From an uncultured Planctomycetales bacterium (GTDB taxonomy: Bacteria > Omnitrophota > Gorgyraeia > Zapsychrales > JBDRMG01): a stretch of 64,000 nucleotides of DNA. The notes under the pieces were generated by a model, which was not told the DNA's origin, searched no databases, and saw only the letters and a program-made list of their open reading frames with translations. Location of the stretch: NCBI GenBank assembly GCA_964478715.1, contig CAYZIY010000003.1, forward strand, positions 84,661-148,660, written 5' to 3'. Shown here piece after piece: positions 1 to 8,837 of this stretch. The translations under genes and the position numbers were made by a program. Each line of letters starts with the position of its first letter. Positions within the stretch are counted from its first letter, which is position 1.

Positions 1-355
1 CCTTGTCTATGCGACGGAAAAGTCTCTGAAAGAATACGGCGACAAGGTTAATGATAGCGATAAAGCCAATATCGAGAAAGAACTTAATAGCTTGAAAGAG
101 TCCATTAAAGCCAAGGATCTGAATAAAATAAAGGCGGGCATGGAATCTCTTCAAAAAGTTTCTCACAAATTGGCCGAAGAGATTTATAAAGCTTCTGCGG
201 CTCAACAGCAGCAAGCTCAGGGAGCCGGCCCGCAACCTGGCGAAGCTCAACAGCAGGCTCAAGGTGGAACAGGGCAAACACAGCAGGAGTCTCCCAAAGA
301 AGAAAAGAAGGACGATGTAATCGATGCGGATTTTAAGGCAGAGGATGAAAAGTAG
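1..355 (+). CDS. dnaK: Molecular chaperone DnaK (Hsp70), C-terminal fragment; 5' end lies outside the window
   Basis: Open frame from pos 2 to TAG at 353-355 with no start inside the window. Translation ...VYATEKSLKEYGDKVNDSDKANIEKELNSLKESIKAKD...LAEEIYKA... plus a Q/G-rich tail and DVIDADF matches the Hsp70 C-terminal lid/tail. dnaJ follows immediately. Confidence 0.85.
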   Translation, partial: LVYATEKSLKEYGDKVNDSDKANIEKELNSLKESIKAKDLNKIKAGMESLQKVSHKLAEEIYKASAAQQQQAQGAGPQPGEAQQQAQGGTGQTQQESPKEEKKDDVIDADFKAEDEK

Positions 356-417
356 ATAAGAAAAGTTAGTAATCAGAAGTTAGTTATTTGTGCGATATGG
401 ATAGATGGTGGTGATAC

Positions 418-1566
418 GTGAAAAAAGATTACTATGAAATATTAGGGGTCAAAAAAGACTCTACGGCTGAACAAATCAAAAAGGCCTATCGGTCTTTGGC
501 TCTGTCACATCATCCCGACCGTGTTCCAGCGGAAAAGAAGAAGGAGGCCGAAGAGCAATTTAAGGAAATTTCCGAGGCCTATGGCGTCTTATCAGATGCC
601 AAAAAGCGTCAGATGTATGATCAATACGGTCATGCTGGTATCGATCAGCGTTACACCACCGAAGATATATTTCGGGGAGCCGATTTCTCTAGTATTTTTG
701 AGAATATGGGTGATTTTGGTTTTGGCGGAGGCGGGGGCATATTCGAAGATCTCTTTGGCGGTATTTTTGGAGGCAGTTCGACTTCGGGACGGCGCCGTTC
801 TCAAAGAGGACGCGATCTTCAAATCGAAGTTGATTTAACGCTTCAGGAAGCTTTTGATGGCGTTCGCAAGAAAATCAGGGTTCCCCGATACGAATTTTGC
901 CAAACTTGTTCGGGATCCGGTGCCAAACCAGGAAGCAATCCGAAGAAATGCAATCAATGCGCAGGTCGGGGGCGCATCGTCACCTCCACAGGATTTTTTC
1001 AGATGCAGCAAACCTGTCCTCAATGCCGGGGAGAAGGACAGGTGATTACAGAATTTTGTCCCAAGTGCCACGGTCAGGGAAGGGTTAAAGTCGTTCGCCA
1101 GATTGATGTGAATTTTCCGGCGGGAGTAGACAATAACAGCCAATTACGCGTCAGAGGCGAAGGAGAAGTAGGCAAAGCCGGCAACGGAGATCTCTTTATT
1201 TATATCCACATAAAGGATCATCCCGTTTTTCAAAGAAGAGGGAATGATGTATTGATGGAGAGGCCCCTAAGTTTTGTTAAAGCGGCACTGGGAGGAGAAG
1301 TCAGTGTTGCCACTTTAAACGGGAAAGTGAAAATGAAAATACCGGCCGGAACTCAAAGTGGTAAGATGTTTCGGTTGAAAGGGAAAGGGATGCCAGATCT
1401 CCACGGCGGATCGAGAGGAGATCAGTATGTTCGTGTGATGATTCATGTTCCCACTAAATTAAATTCGCAACAACGAAAAATTCTTGAAGATTATGCAAAG
1501 ATCTCTGACGAGGATTTTTCGGGCGAAGGTTCTTTTGCTGATAAATTAAAAAATGTTTTTAAATAA
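418..1566 (+). CDS. dnaJ: Co-chaperone DnaJ
   Basis: J-domain [11 protein letters not shown]...HPDR (HPD motif), a G/F-rich linker and four CxxCxGxG zinc-finger repeats ([32 protein letters not shown]), then the C-terminal substrate-binding domain. GTG start. Confidence 0.9.
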   Translation: MKKDYYEILGVKKDSTAEQIKKAYRSLALSHHPDRVPAEKKKEAEEQFKEISEAYGVLSDAKKRQMYDQYGHAGIDQRYTTEDIFRGADFSSIFENMGDFGFGGGGGIFEDLFGGIFGGSSTSGRRRSQRGRDLQIEVDLTLQEAFDGVRKKIRVPRYEFCQTCSGSGAKPGSNPKKCNQCAGRGRIVTSTGFFQMQQTCPQCRGEGQVITEFCPKCHGQGRVKVVRQIDVNFPAGVDNNSQLRVRGEGEVGKAGNGDLFIYIHIKDHPVFQRRGNDVLMERPLSFVKAALGGEVSVATLNGKVKMKIPAGTQSGKMFRLKGKGMPDLHGGSRGDQYVRVMIHVPTKLNSQQRKILEDYAKISDEDFSGEGSFADKLKNVFK

Positions 1567-1575
1567 AGGAGTCTT

Positions 1576-1833
1576 ATGCCAACCTACCAATATGAATGTG
1601 AATTATGTTCTCATCGTTTTGACATTTTTCAATCCATGATGGACAAGCGATTAAAGAAATGCCCTCAATGTGGAAAAATGAGCCTCAATCGCTTGATTGG
1701 CTCCGGAGCGGGTATTATTTTCAAAGGCAGCGGATTTTATGAAACGGATTATAAAAGAAAAGCTCCTTGCGGGGAAGGAGCGGCCAAGAAAGAATGCCAA
1801 AGCTGTCCGGCGGCGGAAACCAAAAAGACGTAA
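1576..1833 (+). CDS. FmdB-family zinc-ribbon protein
   Basis: MPTYQYECELCSHRFDIFQS...KKCPQCG matches the CxxC...CxxC regulatory zinc ribbon (FmdB/Zn_ribbon_8). AAGGAG-like SD upstream. Confidence 0.6.
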   Translation: MPTYQYECELCSHRFDIFQSMMDKRLKKCPQCGKMSLNRLIGSGAGIIFKGSGFYETDYKRKAPCGEGAAKKECQSCPAAETKKT

Positions 1834-1862
1834 ATAATAGCCGCAAAAAAGGTGTTTTTCCA

Positions 1863-2219
1863 TTGGTGAAATTCTTCAAATTTTGGTTTCCACTCCTGTT
1901 TTATTCTGTTATTATCTACATAGTGTCTGGTCTGCCCAAGATTGGAGTTCATACTCCGTGGCCCTTTTTCGATAAGTTTTTACACGTGATAGAATATGCG
2001 GTTTTGGGTTTGCTTTTTGCGCGGGCTTATCATCAGGCCTCTTCAGTCAAAGGGTTAGGACGCACTCAGATCATAATAGCAACAGTGCTGTTTTGTTTTC
2101 TTTATGGGTTGAGTGATGAGTTTCATCAAATGTTTGTGGAAGGTCGCTATGCGACGATTGGCGATTTAACCGCTGATACCATCGGTGGACTAATTGCCGG
2201 ATATTTTTATCGATCATGA
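1863..2219 (+). CDS. VanZ-like membrane protein
   Basis: Three to four TM segments and the conserved LSDEFHQMFVEGR...DLTADTIGGLIAGY block typical of the VanZ family. The start (TTG 1863 or GTG 1866) was chosen to avoid overlap with the upstream zinc-ribbon gene; the ORF track starts at 1767. Confidence 0.5.
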   Translation: MVKFFKFWFPLLFYSVIIYIVSGLPKIGVHTPWPFFDKFLHVIEYAVLGLLFARAYHQASSVKGLGRTQIIIATVLFCFLYGLSDEFHQMFVEGRYATIGDLTADTIGGLIAGYFYRS

Positions 2220-3487
2220 CTCAAATCAAACCATTTAAGGCAGTTTACTTCAACTCTGAAAAAGTCGGCGATATCGGCCAGGTCGCCTGTCCGCCTTATG
2301 ACGTAGTTTCTCCGGCCGAGCAGATGCATCTGCACAGCCGGCATCCGCAGAATTTTATCCGTATTCTTCTGGGGCAGGAAAAACCGAAGGATAATCGTTA
2401 CGACAATAAATATAAAAGAGCCAAGAAGCTGTTTGATGAATGGATGAAAAAAGGAATCCTCAAGCAAGATTCTAAAAACTGTATCTATTTTTATAAACAG
2501 GAATATGTGATTATGGGCCAAAGACATCAGAGGGTAGGCTTTATTTCCCTGATGCGCCTTCAGGATAAAGAGGATTCCAAAATTCTGCCTCACGAGAATA
2601 CTCACTCCAAAGCCAAGGAAGATCGCCTGCGTCTTTGGCGAAATACCAAGGCCAACTTGAGTCCTATCTTCGTTGGATTTTCAGATAGAGAAAAACGAGT
2701 GGAGAAAGTTTTTCAGGAGAGCATTGTTATAAAGGATCCGATGATCGATTTAAAGGATTCTCAGGGCGTGCGCCATATTCTCTGGCGATTGGATGAGACC
2801 AAAATGATCAATGAGATCAAGGGCGCATTATCGAACCAGCATTTGTTTATCGCCGATGGCCATCATCGGTTCGAGGTCGCAATGGATCTTCGTCGCTCTA
2901 TGCTGGCTAAAAAAACGCGCATTTCGGGGCAAGAAACATGTAATTTTATTATGACTTATTTTACCAATCTGGATTCGCGCAATTTGACTATCTTTCCGAT
3001 CCATCGTGTCATTAGGCGCTTGCGGCACCGGTTGGATTTCTTGGAAGATTATTTCCGCATCGATAAAATCCGCAATAAAGATGAACTGCAGATTCTTTTG
3101 GCCAAGGCCGGGCAAAATGAACATGCTATCGGGTTGTATCAACGTGACGGAATCAAATTATTACGTTTAAAAAACCGGCTTTTGATTGATGAATATATTC
3201 ACGAAGGCTCCAGCGATTATCGACGATTGGATGCCACGATTTTGAAATATTTTGTTCTTGATCCTTTAAGGATACAAAGTGATGAGATTACTCATGTCAA
3301 AGACGCGCAGGAGGCCATGGATATGGTTGATAGCCAAAAAGCGGATGCCAGTTTTTTAATGAATCCGGTAAAAATTGAGCAGTTAAAAGCCATTGCGCTT
3401 AATGATGAGCGCATGCCGCCAAAAACAACCTACTTTTATCCCAAAGTGCTTTCGGGTCTTACCATCTATCGTTTAGATTCCAAATAG
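2216..3487 (+). CDS. Conserved hypothetical protein, DUF1015-like
   Basis: 423 aa. The N-terminal IKPFKAVYFN...PPYDV motif is recalled as the DUF1015 signature. ATGA overlap with the upstream gene. Confidence 0.4.
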   Translation: MTQIKPFKAVYFNSEKVGDIGQVACPPYDVVSPAEQMHLHSRHPQNFIRILLGQEKPKDNRYDNKYKRAKKLFDEWMKKGILKQDSKNCIYFYKQEYVIMGQRHQRVGFISLMRLQDKEDSKILPHENTHSKAKEDRLRLWRNTKANLSPIFVGFSDREKRVEKVFQESIVIKDPMIDLKDSQGVRHILWRLDETKMINEIKGALSNQHLFIADGHHRFEVAMDLRRSMLAKKTRISGQETCNFIMTYFTNLDSRNLTIFPIHRVIRRLRHRLDFLEDYFRIDKIRNKDELQILLAKAGQNEHAIGLYQRDGIKLLRLKNRLLIDEYIHEGSSDYRRLDATILKYFVLDPLRIQSDEITHVKDAQEAMDMVDSQKADASFLMNPVKIEQLKAIALNDERMPPKTTYFYPKVLSGLTIYRLDSK

Positions 3488-3499
3488 TGATTATTCTTT

Positions 3500-4363
3500 A
3501 TGCCTCTATTCGGAAAAAAGAAATATACGCTGGTTAAAGTTAAAAAGAAAGATATCCCAGACGGGATCTGGACTAAATGCCCCGCATGCCAGTCTCCGGC
3601 TTATAATAAATCTCTTAAGGATAATCTGAAAGTTTGTCCGAAATGTGATTATCATTTTTCGATGAACAGCTTGGAGAGGATCAAGATCTTAATCGACGAA
3701 GGAACTTTTGAAGAGCATGATAAAGATATGATCTCAGGAGATCCGCTTCAGTTTAAGGGACCCAAAACCTACAAGGAAAAGATCGTCAGCGATCAGAAAA
3801 AGACGGGTCTCAAAGATGCTCTCATAACGGGTATCGGTCAGTTGCGTCAAAATGAAATCGCTATCGCCGTAACAGATTCACGGTTTATTATGGGATCTAT
3901 GGGATCTGTGGTGGGTGAGAAGATAACCCGCATTGTTGAATTTGCGACAAACAAGAAATTGCCGCTTATTATTGTTTCGGGTTCCGGCGGTGGCGCGCGA
4001 ATGTATGAAGGCATTTATTCTTTGATGCAAATGGCTAAGACCTGTTCGGCTTTATCCCGTCATCATGAAGCCGGTTTACTTTACATTTCCCTTTTGACCA
4101 ATCCTACGATGGCCGGTGTGATGGCTTCTTTTGCGGGTATCGGGGATGTGATTATAGCAGAACCGAAGGCCTTGATCGGTTTTACCGGCCCTCGAGTGAT
4201 CCAGCAGACGATCCGCCAAAAATTGCCGGACGGTTTTCAGCGTTCTGAGTTTCTATTGGCTCACGGTTTAGTCGATCAGATTGTTCACCGCAAGAATTTA
4301 AAAGATCGGATTGATTTAATCGTTAATTACGCCAAAGGCAATACCAAATCCAGGCGAGTCTAA
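3500..4363 (+). CDS. accD: Acetyl-CoA carboxylase carboxyltransferase beta subunit
   Basis: N-terminal zinc finger CPACQSPAYNK...CPKCDYH followed by a carboxyltransferase domain (GSMGSVVGEKI..., GGARMYEG). Confidence 0.85.
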   Translation: MPLFGKKKYTLVKVKKKDIPDGIWTKCPACQSPAYNKSLKDNLKVCPKCDYHFSMNSLERIKILIDEGTFEEHDKDMISGDPLQFKGPKTYKEKIVSDQKKTGLKDALITGIGQLRQNEIAIAVTDSRFIMGSMGSVVGEKITRIVEFATNKKLPLIIVSGSGGGARMYEGIYSLMQMAKTCSALSRHHEAGLLYISLLTNPTMAGVMASFAGIGDVIIAEPKALIGFTGPRVIQQTIRQKLPDGFQRSEFLLAHGLVDQIVHRKNLKDRIDLIVNYAKGNTKSRRV

Positions 4364-4401
4364 AGAATTATGATGGAGAAAATTGTTTAAAACGAATCAT
4401 C

Positions 4402-5505
4402 ATGGCCCAGGTCAGCATAAAAAACGTCAGCAAAATTTACAAAACGGGTAATAAGGCTGTCAATAATATCAATCTGAGTATTGAGAACAAGGAATTTCTT
4501 GTTTTAGTCGGGCCCTCAGGTTGTGGAAAATCGACCACGCTGCGAATGATCGCGGGGCTGGAAGAAATTACTGCAGGAACCATTTGGATCGGGGATCGGA
4601 TTGTTAATAACATTCCGGCCAAAGATCGTAATATTGCGATGGTTTTTCAAAATTATGCCCTCTATCCACACATGACAGTCTTTGAGAATATGGCTTTCGG
4701 ATTAAAGCTGCGGCGTTATCCCTTGGATGAAATTACGCGTCGTGTTCATGAGGCGGCGGAGATTTTGGGGATTAAGCAACTGTTGGCCCGCAGGCCGAAA
4801 CAGCTTTCCGGTGGGGAGCGCCAGCGGGTGGCCGTGGGTCGCGCGATTGTGCGTAAACCCATGGTGTTCCTTTTTGATGAGCCTTTAAGCAATCTGGATG
4901 CTAAAATGCGTGTTCAAATGCGGGCCGAAATCCACAAGCTGCGCTTGCGTTTGCAGACAACGTTCATCTATGTTACGCATGATCAAACTGAAGCTATGAC
5001 CCTTGGAGATCGAGTGGCGGTTATGCATAACGGAGAGATTCAGCAATGCGATGATCCGATTAATGTTTATGATAAACCCGCCAACAAATTTGTGGCCGGC
5101 TTTATCGGTTCACCGCCGATTAATTTTTTGAAAGGACGGATCATTAAAAAAGACAGAAAGCTGTTTTTCGATGAAGGTCGTTTCTGCGTCAGAGTTATCG
5201 AAGAAATGCGGTCAGCCATTACTCCTTACGAAGGCAAAGACGCGATCATGGGCATTCGCAGTGAAGATATTTATGATAAGCTTTTTGTTTCAGAGGCTTC
5301 TTCAGACAACACTATTAGTGCGACTTGCGAGGTTGTTGAACCAATGGGATCCGAAGTGTATTTGACATTAAATACCGGTCGCCACACTTTTACGGCGAGG
5401 GTGGGCGCTCACGATCGGCCGGAAGTCAATAGAGACATGGAATTGGTTTTTGATATGGGCAAGGTGCACTTTTTTGATAACGAATCCCAAGAAACAATTA
5501 TTTAA
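4402..5505 (+). CDS. ABC transporter ATP-binding protein, MalK/UgpC/MsmX family, with C-terminal TOBE-like domain
   Basis: Walker A GPSGCGKST, Q-loop, ABC signature LSGGERQRV, Walker B FLFDEPLSNLD, H-loop VTHDQ, and a ~120 aa C-terminal regulatory domain. No permease gene is adjacent. Confidence 0.8.
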   Translation: MAQVSIKNVSKIYKTGNKAVNNINLSIENKEFLVLVGPSGCGKSTTLRMIAGLEEITAGTIWIGDRIVNNIPAKDRNIAMVFQNYALYPHMTVFENMAFGLKLRRYPLDEITRRVHEAAEILGIKQLLARRPKQLSGGERQRVAVGRAIVRKPMVFLFDEPLSNLDAKMRVQMRAEIHKLRLRLQTTFIYVTHDQTEAMTLGDRVAVMHNGEIQQCDDPINVYDKPANKFVAGFIGSPPINFLKGRIIKKDRKLFFDEGRFCVRVIEEMRSAITPYEGKDAIMGIRSEDIYDKLFVSEASSDNTISATCEVVEPMGSEVYLTLNTGRHTFTARVGAHDRPEVNRDMELVFDMGKVHFFDNESQETII

Positions 5506-6772
5506 TTCTAACGGTAAGCTCCTTTTTTTTGCCGGTCTTTTTTTGGCCGTTCCCTTTGTGTGGGCTTTTCAACAACTTGATTTCTACTTTCAGGCTATTG
5601 CGCCGGCCCTTTTGATCGTTTTAATTTATCTTGCTTATTTGAGAGTGGATTTGATCCACTTCCAATCCGCGACAGATCTTAAAATACAGGATCTTAGAGA
5701 GAAAATTAATTTGCTTCAGGCCGATATTGCAAATGAATATTTCGCTCTGGAAGCCTGGGAAAAAAAGATCGAAATCTATTCTCAGCTTAAGGATTTGACA
5801 GAAAAATTCTGCATGTCCGTATCCCTTCATGATACGTCAAAAATTATTTCTCGGGAAGTTAGCCAGTTTTTTAGCAAGCCGACGATGACGACGGTCTTGT
5901 ATTATTTTGAAAAGAAAAATGGAGAACTGGCTTTGATTTCTTCACGCAGAGAAGGGCGCCTCGTCAATGTGAAAACTAAAAAAGGAGATGTCTTTGATTG
6001 GTGGGTGATTAAAAGCATGCAGGCTCTTTTGGTGGAAGACGCCCGCAGTGATTTTCGTTTTGATATTGAGAAGGTGGAGCCGGAAGATCGCCGGAATGTC
6101 CTTTCTTTGATAAGCGTTCCATTGGTGGTCCGCGGCATTCTTTTGGGGCTGATGCGGGTCGATGACGCGGAAGCGGGCAGCTTTACTACCGAGGATCTAA
6201 GGTTCTTTAGAACTATTGGAGATTTGGTAACTGTCGCCATGGAAAACGCTCAGCTTTATGAGCAGGTCGAAGAGATGGCTATTAAAGATAGCTTAACGGG
6301 ACTTTATTTGAGACGCTATCTTCTGGAGCGACTGAACGAAGAGATTAATCGCCAGTTTAGACGAAAGAAACCTTTGTCTTTCTTGATGATCGATCTAGAT
6401 CGATTCAAGAAATACAATGATCGTTATGGGCATATGGCCGGCGATATTGTTTTAAGAACGATCGCCTTAATACTGAAAGAATATTTCGAGGCTCCTGGCA
6501 ATTTGGTCTGTCGTTATGGAGGAGAAGAATTTGCCGTATTGCTTCCTGATTATTCGAAGGGCGATGCCGGTAAACTTGCCGAAGAACTGCGCAAGAAAAT
6601 TCAGAAACAGGAAATTATATTAAGACAGCAAAAAACACACATAACTGTTTCGATTGGTGTATCGTCTTTACCGGATGATACCGTGACACAAAATGAATTG
6701 ATTCATTTTGCCGATCAGGCCATGTACCAAGCCAAAAAGCAGGGAAGAAATCGCGTATGTTCTTATTCTTAG
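5450..6772 (+). CDS. Membrane-anchored diguanylate cyclase (GAF-like + GGDEF)
   Basis: N-terminal TM helices, a central GAF-like region, and a C-terminal GGDEF domain with RYGGEEF. The true start is probably TTG 5543 or GTG 5558, since the ATG at 5450 would overlap the upstream gene by 56 nt. Confidence 0.7.
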   Translation: MIWARCTFLITNPKKQLFNSNGKLLFFAGLFLAVPFVWAFQQLDFYFQAIAPALLIVLIYLAYLRVDLIHFQSATDLKIQDLREKINLLQADIANEYFALEAWEKKIEIYSQLKDLTEKFCMSVSLHDTSKIISREVSQFFSKPTMTTVLYYFEKKNGELALISSRREGRLVNVKTKKGDVFDWWVIKSMQALLVEDARSDFRFDIEKVEPEDRRNVLSLISVPLVVRGILLGLMRVDDAEAGSFTTEDLRFFRTIGDLVTVAMENAQLYEQVEEMAIKDSLTGLYLRRYLLERLNEEINRQFRRKKPLSFLMIDLDRFKKYNDRYGHMAGDIVLRTIALILKEYFEAPGNLVCRYGGEEFAVLLPDYSKGDAGKLAEELRKKIQKQEIILRQQKTHITVSIGVSSLPDDTVTQNELIHFADQAMYQAKKQGRNRVCSYS

Positions 6773-7776
6773 CTATCGGTTGCCTTGTATTATTTACTGG
6801 AATATCGATTTATACGGCTGGATGTTATGTTCAAAACTTCAAAAAGAGAGATATAGATACTCTTACGGAAAGCGAGAACAATCTTTTTCAAGTCAAGAAT
6901 CAAAGAGACAAAATCATCAAAGAGAAAAAAGATCTGGAGCATCAAGCAATTGAAATTTTTACTCTTTATGAAATGACTCGCGAGATTACTCAGCAACCTC
7001 GCCAAGAAGAAGCGTTTGAAGTTTTTCGTCAAAAGATTGAAAAAACTATTGCCGCCAAAGAATGTCAATTTTACTCTAGCGAACAAAAGCTGCCCGATAA
7101 TCTGAAAGACGAAAGCAAAAATTTTATTTTTCCCCTAAAAGAAAAACGGCGCAAACTAGGCACACTTATCTTTCCCGATTTGTCAAGAGCGAATCGCGAG
7201 AAGGCCATGATTTTGGGACATCAATTCGCATTGGCTCTCAGGCGTGTGAGGCTTTATCAGGAAATCGAAGAGCTGGCCATCACAGACAGCCTGACGGGTT
7301 GTCACACTCGCCGATATTTTATGGAGCGCTTTGAGGAAGAATTCAAAAGAACTATTTCCAGAAAGACATCTGTGTCTTTCTTGATGATTGATGTAGACCG
7401 GTTTAAATTTTTCAATGACAAATACGGTCATCTGGCAGGGGATCATATCCTCAAGATTGTCGGTGGAATTATCAAAGATAATGTCCGTGAAATCGATATT
7501 GTTGGTCGCTATGGAGGTGAAGAATTTTGTGTCGTGCTTCCAGATACCGAACAGCAGGGAGCGCAGTTTGCTGCCGAGCGTATTCGTAAAGCTTTACAGG
7601 AAACGGAAATCAAAGCTTACGATGCGATAGTGCGCTTAACGATTAGTATAGGAATAGCTATTTTTCCTCAAAGCGGAACTAAGATATCCGAATTGATTGA
7701 CAAAGCTGATTGGGCTCTGTATCGCGCCAAAAAGAAAGGCCGTAACTGTACCTGTATTTTTGGCGTTTACGAATAA
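6757..7776 (+). CDS. Membrane-anchored diguanylate cyclase (GGDEF), paralog of the upstream gene
   Basis: TM N-terminus and a GGDEF domain with RYGGEEF, preceded by REID (RxxD I-site). Clear paralogy to the upstream ORF (AIxDSLTG...SFLMIDxDRFKxxND.YGH.AGD). Confidence 0.75.
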   Translation: MFLFLAIGCLVLFTGISIYTAGCYVQNFKKRDIDTLTESENNLFQVKNQRDKIIKEKKDLEHQAIEIFTLYEMTREITQQPRQEEAFEVFRQKIEKTIAAKECQFYSSEQKLPDNLKDESKNFIFPLKEKRRKLGTLIFPDLSRANREKAMILGHQFALALRRVRLYQEIEELAITDSLTGCHTRRYFMERFEEEFKRTISRKTSVSFLMIDVDRFKFFNDKYGHLAGDHILKIVGGIIKDNVREIDIVGRYGGEEFCVVLPDTEQQGAQFAAERIRKALQETEIKAYDAIVRLTISIGIAIFPQSGTKISELIDKADWALYRAKKKGRNCTCIFGVYE

Positions 7777-7897
7777 AAATTCCACCCTAATTTTCCTTTT
7801 AATACTCATATTAATTACGGTATATTATCTTGCATGGGGTTTTACTTTCATGTACAATACACACGCTTTCTATAAAACTTCGCAAGAAATTCATTTG

Positions 7898-8827
7898 ATG
7901 ATGAGTCAATACGTGATCGGTATAGATGTCGGTGGGACAAATATTAAACTGGGCATTGTGAGTGCTTCCGGTAGGATAATCTTCAGAAGTGGTCTAGTCA
8001 CAAGAGGTTTCGTCCGCAATAAAAATAAGTTAATTCAAGGTTTAATCCAATTCATTAATACCAGCCTCAGAAGAAGCCAAATCAAAAAGAAAGATATTTT
8101 GGGAATCGGAATCGGTTTGCCGGGTGCGGTCAATGCCCAAGAAGGCATTGTGTACTATTTAACGAATATATTTGGCTGGAAGAATGTTCCTCTTAAAAAA
8201 ATCATCGAAAAGAAATTCAGCGTTCCGGTTTGTATTGATAATGATGTTAATGTCATTGCTCTGGGAGAATGTGCTTTTGGAGCAGCCAAACGTTATAATC
8301 ATTTTCTGTGTGTTACTTTAGGAACGGGTGTTGGTGGGGGGTTGATTCTCGATAATGCCCTTTACCGCGGTGTTTCATTTGTAGCCGGCGAAGTGGGACA
8401 CATTCCGATTCATTACAGGGGAAGGCGATGTAATTGCGGAGGGAAAGGATGCTTGGAAACTTATGTTGGAAAGAAATATTTACTGCAAAAGGCACGCAAG
8501 TTGTATGGTAAGAAAATGACTCTTGAAGAAATCACCAAGGCGGCAGACAAGAAACAAAAAAAGGCGCGCTGTTTCTGGAAAGAAGCAGCGCATGACTTAG
8601 GATTAGCCTTAACGGGTGTTGTCAATTTGTTGAATTTACAAGCTATCGTTATTGGAGGGGGGATTTCAAAAGCCAACCCTCATTTATTACCAACAATACG
8701 AGAAACAATCCGCAAAAGAGCTATGAAAGCTCCCGGACGAATTGTCAGAGTTATCGGTGGCAAATTAGGCAACGATGCCGGGATTATCGGCGCGAGTGTT
8801 TTAGTTAGAAACGCAATAAAAAAGTAA
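7898..8827 (+). CDS. ROK-family sugar kinase (glucokinase-like)
   Basis: N-terminal IGIDVGGTNIKLG ATP-binding motif. ROK zinc motif HIPIHYRGRRCNCGGKGCLE (CxCGxxGC). Start moved to the in-frame ATG 7898 at MMSQYVIGID. Confidence 0.75.
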   Translation: MMSQYVIGIDVGGTNIKLGIVSASGRIIFRSGLVTRGFVRNKNKLIQGLIQFINTSLRRSQIKKKDILGIGIGLPGAVNAQEGIVYYLTNIFGWKNVPLKKIIEKKFSVPVCIDNDVNVIALGECAFGAAKRYNHFLCVTLGTGVGGGLILDNALYRGVSFVAGEVGHIPIHYRGRRCNCGGKGCLETYVGKKYLLQKARKLYGKKMTLEEITKAADKKQKKARCFWKEAAHDLGLALTGVVNLLNLQAIVIGGGISKANPHLLPTIRETIRKRAMKAPGRIVRVIGGKLGNDAGIIGASVLVRNAIKK

Positions 8828-8837
8828 TAAAGTATAC

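Noticed and set aside
721-760. GGCGGAGGCGGGGGC G-rich repeat
   Set aside because: It encodes the Gly/Phe-rich linker of DnaJ ([19 protein letters not shown]), not a DNA repeat element.
521-1143. Several 60-105 aa ORFs on both strands inside dnaJ (521-838 +, 592-822 -, 835-1143 -, 854-1045 +, 897-1088 +)
   Set aside because: They lie entirely within the well-supported dnaJ frame, have no RBS or domain, and have an Arg/Ser-rich composition typical of off-frame translation of a G-rich gene.
1767-1862. Upstream extension of the VanZ-like ORF overlapping the FmdB zinc-ribbon gene
   Set aside because: The extension (MRGRSGQERMPKLSGGGNQKD...) is the off-frame shadow of the zinc-ribbon gene. The VanZ-like TM region begins after ~1863.
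7697-7897. N-terminal 67-aa extension of the ROK kinase ORF (MTKLIGLCIAPKRK...)
   Set aside because: It overlaps the 3' end of the upstream GGDEF gene and an AT-rich promoter-like stretch. The ROK ATP-binding motif begins right after the internal MMSQ start.
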